Assembly: GCA_001029735.1 (NCBI GenBank)
Contig: CP011213.1
Coordinates: 396,613-460,612, forward strand
Origin: Berkelbacteria bacterium GW2011_GWE1_39_12
Lineage (GTDB): Bacteria; Patescibacteriota; UBA1384; UBA12157
DNA length: 64,000 nucleotides
Direction: 5' to 3'
In this document: one piece after another, positions 59,559 to 64,000 of the stretch
How positions within the stretch are numbered: the first letter of the stretch is position 1
Layout of the letters: each line of letters starts with the position of its first letter
The notes under the pieces: model-generated
Database searches by the model: none
What the model was told of the DNA's origin: nothing
What the model saw: only the letters and a program-made list of their open reading frames with translations
Translations under genes and position numbers: made by a program

Positions 59559-60533
59559 ATGATTATTTTCTTTTATGGACAAGATTCTTACAGATTAGCG
59601 CAAAGTGAAAAAAAACTGAAAGAGAAATTTATTTCAGCTTCTCTTGGTGATACAAATTTGGCTGTGCTAGATGTCAAGAAGCTAACTTTCGATGAATATA
59701 TTCGCCAGATATTGGCCATGCCTTTTCTTTCCAAAACTCGTTTGGTTATTGTTGAAAATATTTTATCGGAAGCAAAGAAAGAACTTCAGGAAAAAATCGG
59801 TGAAGTCTTAAACAAAGTGCCCGAATCAACAGTATTGCTTTTTACGGAGACGGCGCCGGATAAGAGACTTAGCCTTTTCAAGAAACTGGTAAAAGTCGAT
59901 AAGGTTCAGGAATTTCTGCCCATGGAAGAAATTCAAATTAAACGCTGGATTAAATCAGAGACAGAGGCCAAGGGCGGGGAGATTGATTCAGCTTCAATTA
60001 ATCTCTTGTACGAAAGTGTCGGTGGTGATTTATGGCGGCTATCGAACGAGCTTGATAAATTAATCACTTTTAACCATAAAATTACGACCGGAACAATTGA
60101 GCTTTTGGTTCAATCGCAGGCACAGAAAGATATCTTTCGTTTAGTCGATGCCTTGGGCAATAAAAATCTTAAAAAAGCTTTAAATGAGTTAAACCAATTG
60201 CAACATGCTGGCGAAAACGAAATTTATATATTTTCGATGATCTGTTATCAATATCGTAATTTATTGATCGTCAAAGATCTGCAAGACAGGCTTCACAGTT
60301 CTAATGCTTATCCTGCCAGCGGGCAAGCATGGGCGATTCAAAAAGAAGCGGGGATGAACCCGTACGTGGTCCAAAAGACCTTGGCACAATGCGGAAATTT
60401 TACGTTCGATGAACTCAAGAATTCGTATGATACTCTGTTAGACTTTGATCACAAACTAAAGACTGGTAAAATAGGAAAAGAAGCGGCTTTAGCATTGCTA
60501 GTAGTCAAACTGAGTTTGTCGCGGAATTTCTAA
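59559..60533 (+). CDS. holA: DNA polymerase III delta subunit
   Basis: FFYG.D.Y, MPFL...RLVI, G.DLWRLSNELDKL, IF.LVDA, D..LKTG. Confidence 0.93.
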   Translation: MIIFFYGQDSYRLAQSEKKLKEKFISASLGDTNLAVLDVKKLTFDEYIRQILAMPFLSKTRLVIVENILSEAKKELQEKIGEVLNKVPESTVLLFTETAPDKRLSLFKKLVKVDKVQEFLPMEEIQIKRWIKSETEAKGGEIDSASINLLYESVGGDLWRLSNELDKLITFNHKITTGTIELLVQSQAQKDIFRLVDALGNKNLKKALNELNQLQHAGENEIYIFSMICYQYRNLLIVKDLQDRLHSSNAYPASGQAWAIQKEAGMNPYVVQKTLAQCGNFTFDELKNSYDTLLDFDHKLKTGKIGKEAALALLVVKLSLSRNF

Positions 60534-60594
60534 TGCTATTAGAAATATAGCCAAATTTTGCAGTAAATAAGAGCTTGATTCTGAAGAATTAAGG

Positions 60595-62112
60595 GTGGGG
60601 ATGAACAATTTTGCTTTAATTAAAGCGCTGTTACACGGTGTGGACTTCTATTGGAAGAAGTTTTTTGTTCTTTCGTTATTTTTGGTAGCGATTTTTGGTG
60701 GCTATTTTTTCTTGAAAAACTCAAACGTCTCACAGGCAGCCACCGACTTTTCAGATACGCCAGAATTTTCATTAATTCAAAGTAAAAGCATTAATATTGA
60801 AGTATTACCAAACGGTAAAGTTCTCTCCGACGGTAAAAATATCTCTGACACTTTAAAGATTTTTTCTGATCACGATGAACTCAGAATCATTTTACTAGAT
60901 AGCCCGGGTGTTTTCATCCAAGATTTAACGGCCAAAGTAAAATTACCCAGGTCATTTCAGAAAAATGAAGTAGAGCAAATTACCTATGCGGTTCACGGTG
61001 TTGGTTCGTACCGAAACTATATTCAAGATGATCGAGTACTCGTTTATGAAGCCAGTGATATTACAACATCTTCAACCCTGACGATCGTGACCAAGTTTCC
61101 CAAAGATATGATTAAGCCGTCGCTGAGTAAAAATATTGCTTACAATATTTCTTCAGTTTCTGCCAAGTCATATCTAATTTTAGCGGTAATTTTACCTCTT
61201 GCCACTTTGATCGTTACTTTATTTATGCTTTTAAAGAGAAGGAAAGACCAAATCATATCTCTAAATGTAGATCCAAACGATAAAATGCCAGCCGAAGTTT
61301 CGCCGGCGGTGGTTGGAGTCTTGATTGATGGCCAGATTGGTTCGAGGGAAATCGCGGCTACGTTAATCAGTCTGGCGGAAAGAAAATATATTTTTATCAT
61401 TAAAAAAACGGATGGATTTACATTTGGTAAAAGAAAAAGTTTTGACAGTCCGGAATTAGAACCGTTCGAGAAAGTTTTGCTTTCGAAAATATTTACCGAA
61501 AATTATAAGAGTACTAAGGACGATGTGGAAATGAGAGTGGGACACCATATCTTCTCACGCAAGATGGCTCAGGTTTTTCTTGGTGTCTATGATGAAGCGA
61601 CAAATGCAGGATACTTTATTAGTAATCCTGCTTCAGTTCATCGCCGCTGGCGGTTGACAGGCATTGGACTCTTTTTCCTGTCACTGCTTGGTTTTATCCA
61701 AAGCGCTTTTTATGCGCCTGACCCAAAATTTACTTTGCTTTTTTGGGTTGGTTCTATGGCGGCCGCATCTGTGATTGTAAAAATTTCGGGTATGATGCCA
61801 GCGAGGTCAAGTGAAGGTAGTCGAGCTTTAAAACCATGGATGGCTTTTAGAAAATATTTGAAAATGAAAGATGACTTTCCGCCAAACCAGCTTGCGTCCA
61901 GTATCTATATGAAAAATCTATCGTTGGCTATTGTTTTCGGGGTAGAAGACGCATGGGCTAAAAGGTTTATGAAAGAAAACTTTTCTAAGCCTGATTGGTA
62001 TGAGTCGGAGGATCCATCACCAACCTTAGAAGCATTTATCGGTGGCTTGTATCCTTTAATCTCCTTTGTCGGCACTCTTTTAGCTAATTCGCACGAACCA
62101 ACTGTGGAATAA
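60595..62112 (+). CDS. DUF2207-like membrane protein
   Basis: SPAVVG.LID, IAATLI.LA.R.YI, F..YL, AI.FG....W, P.WY. Confidence 0.75.
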   Translation: MGMNNFALIKALLHGVDFYWKKFFVLSLFLVAIFGGYFFLKNSNVSQAATDFSDTPEFSLIQSKSINIEVLPNGKVLSDGKNISDTLKIFSDHDELRIILLDSPGVFIQDLTAKVKLPRSFQKNEVEQITYAVHGVGSYRNYIQDDRVLVYEASDITTSSTLTIVTKFPKDMIKPSLSKNIAYNISSVSAKSYLILAVILPLATLIVTLFMLLKRRKDQIISLNVDPNDKMPAEVSPAVVGVLIDGQIGSREIAATLISLAERKYIFIIKKTDGFTFGKRKSFDSPELEPFEKVLLSKIFTENYKSTKDDVEMRVGHHIFSRKMAQVFLGVYDEATNAGYFISNPASVHRRWRLTGIGLFFLSLLGFIQSAFYAPDPKFTLLFWVGSMAAASVIVKISGMMPARSSEGSRALKPWMAFRKYLKMKDDFPPNQLASSIYMKNLSLAIVFGVEDAWAKRFMKENFSKPDWYESEDPSPTLEAFIGGLYPLISFVGTLLANSHEPTVE

Positions 62113-62231
62113 TCTATTCTGTAAATACAGCTGTCCTTTCTAGGCAAGTTTTTTATTTTGGTATGTCAAAAGTAGCCTCTTAGAATAATTGATAACAAAA
62201 AAACGTCAATTGGTCGGTTTTTTATTGCTAA

Positions 62232-62867
62232 TTAAAAAGTGTAGTGTTGGATAACGCCGACTTGATTGAATGGCCAAATGATTAACCAACCTTTGCCAAT
62301 CAAGAATCTCTTATCGGCTATACCCCAGACGCGAGAATCAGAAGAGTTTGGTCGGTTGTCTCCCATCAAAAAGTAATCACTGCCGCGAAGAGTACGATTC
62401 ACGTTTGGCATGGTTAGCATTTCTGTTGGTAAATAAGGTTCATCTAATTTCTTACCGTTTAAGAATACTTCACCGTCTTTAATGGCTATTGTATCTCCAG
62501 GGATTCCTATAATTCTTTTTATATATTTTTTATGAACCGGGTCGCCGGGAAATTTTAGAACAACAACATCGCCGCGCTCAGGGTTACCAAAAATATATTG
62601 CCAACGATTAGCAATCACGGTTTCACCGGTATGAAAGTTTGGTTCCATGGAAACTCCGTCTACAATAAAGACGGTGGCGACAAAAAAGTGAATCAAGCAA
62701 AAAAAGATGACAACAGCAATCAGCCATTTAGTTAATTCATAAAAACAGCCTGCCCCATAGACGGCTTTTTCTTCGAGTTCAGCTTTCTTTTCGCTTTTAA
62801 AAGCGCTATTTGCGCTTTCAGAATTTATGGCATTATCGATGCTTGAATCGGTTTGTTTGTTTTCCAT
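62232..62867 (-). CDS. lepB: Signal peptidase I
   Basis: G.SMEP, RGDVVV, YIKRIIG.PGD, GDNR.NS.DSR. Confidence 0.96.
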   Translation of the reverse strand: MENKQTDSSIDNAINSESANSAFKSEKKAELEEKAVYGAGCFYELTKWLIAVVIFFCLIHFFVATVFIVDGVSMEPNFHTGETVIANRWQYIFGNPERGDVVVLKFPGDPVHKKYIKRIIGIPGDTIAIKDGEVFLNGKKLDEPYLPTEMLTMPNVNRTLRGSDYFLMGDNRPNSSDSRVWGIADKRFLIGKGWLIIWPFNQVGVIQHYTF

Positions 62868-62934
62868 ACCCTCCTTGAGTAAGTAAACAGTAATTTATAA
62901 TTTAGAAAATTTCCGAGGACGTCAGTCCTTTTTG

Positions 62935-63267
62935 CTACTTTTTAGCAGGAGCCTTTTTTGCAGCAGCTTTAGGAGCGGCCTTTTTTTCAGGAGTAGCAGC
63001 TTTTTTCTCAACCTTTGCTTCCGCTTTTTCAGCTTTGGCTTTGGTGGTGCTAAATTTTTTGCTTAAAGCAGATTTTAAACGAGCAGCTTTATTTTTGTGA
63101 ATGACACCGGTTTTGGCGGCTTTGTCGATGGTTGAGACAGCCGAGTTAACAGTTTTTTCATCAACATTCTTCAAAGCTTTGCTTAAAGCGACTTTTGTTT
63201 TCAAATTTTGTGCTTTTTTCACCCGAGAAACCTTCAATGATTTCTTGGCAGATTTAGTAATTGGCAT
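62935..63267 (-). CDS. rpsT: 30S ribosomal protein S20 with Lys/Ala-rich tail
   Basis: MPITKSAKK, IDKAAK.GVIHKNKAARLKS. Confidence 0.96.
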   Translation of the reverse strand: MPITKSAKKSLKVSRVKKAQNLKTKVALSKALKNVDEKTVNSAVSTIDKAAKTGVIHKNKAARLKSALSKKFSTTKAKAEKAEAKVEKKAATPEKKAAPKAAAKKAPAKK

Positions 63268-63580
63268 TTGTTTTCTTTCTAACCCTGAGCGTAGTCGAAG
63301 GGCTTTGATTCAATTTAGTATTGATATCCTCACTTTATCATAATATTGAACCCTTGACAAGGCTTGGCTAAGTTGCTATATTTGTTTGTTAACTATAGAT
63401 TAAAGAACCGCAAACAAATTTACTTTTAAGTTATATTGTTGTTGATATTAATCGGAAAAGCCGACAAACAAATTCGCTCTTGCTATTATTGCTTGTTGAT
63501 ATTAAAATCAGCTACTAACTAAAACCCAGGAAATACTAATGGATAGGCCAATGGCCTGTCGCGGAAATTGCGGAGCAATT

Positions 63581-64000
63581 ATGGAACTTACGCCAAAACA
63601 GCAAACAATCGAATTGTTAAAAGGCGCTCAGAGCGTATTGCTTTTAACTCATGAAAATCCCGACGGAGATGCTCTCGGTTCTATTTTGGCGCTTCAAATG
63701 GTTTTAACCAAGCTCGGCAAAGAAGCTACCGCTGTTGTTACAGATCCGATTCCAGGAGTTTACCAGTTCTTACCAGCCAAAGAATGTATTAAAACCAGTT
63801 TTTCCGGTACAAAAGACTTTATTATCACAGTCGACACGACTAAAACTAAAGTCGATAAAATGGGCTATAAGAACTTGCCTGAAGAAAACAAACTCAATAT
63901 TGTAATTACTCCAACAAAAGGCGCTTTCTCGGTTGAGGATCTATCTTTCAACCATGGCTCTTTTAAATATGATTTAGTTATCGTCCTAGATTCGCCTGAC
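63581..64000 (+). CDS. DHH-family phosphoesterase (NrnA-like), truncated by window end
   Basis: Manual translation MELTPKQQTIELL..LLLTHENPDGDALGS. Confidence 0.85.
   Translation, partial: MELTPKQQTIELLKGAQSVLLLTHENPDGDALGSILALQMVLTKLGKEATAVVTDPIPGVYQFLPAKECIKTSFSGTKDFIITVDTTKTKVDKMGYKNLPEENKLNIVITPTKGAFSVEDLSFNHGSFKYDLVIVLDSPD

Noticed and set aside
60306-60328. Possible palindromic insert in holA (AYPASGQA)
   Set aside because: Too degenerate to assign to a repeat family without an ortholog alignment.

Overview
Replication-origin region of a reduced, AT-rich bacterial genome that uses genetic code 11. Gene content (CPR-type VirB4/PrgI cluster, several TrmB-like regulators, short ValS, MurE with EDPY motif) suggests Patescibacteria/CPR; this is an inference. 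Housekeeping backbone: tRNA-Ser, jag-yidC-yidD-rnpA-rpmH, dnaA-oriC-dnaN-recF, DUF721, F-type ATP synthase operon, valS, tsaD, femAB-like/murE, 5'-3' exonuclease, holA, lepB, rpsT, DHH. Many self-contained orphan-gene cassettes interrupt it. Three non-standard layers stand out. (1) A module repeated four times: a TrmB-like regulator divergent from a TTGACA-N14-TGn-TACAAT promoter with a locus-specific operator pair, then a conserved leader (AAGATRAGGA plus a boxA-like G(A/C)ACCTTAAYAA). In three of the four loci a covarying bulged hairpin precedes each small orphan cargo gene; the fourth uses a different 28-bp repeat. (2) Several families of short palindromes (15, 30 and about 72 nt) sit in-frame inside essential genes. 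Beside some of them lie synonymously recoded duplicate gene termini (atpC, atpG, probably atpF, tRNA-Ser), along with decayed GIY-YIG, ORF6N and four-helix-bundle genes. (3) Lipid-synthesis homologs (PlsX, FabH, FabZ) and a presenilin-type protease, unexpected for such a genome. All calls come from manual motif reading; no database searches were run.
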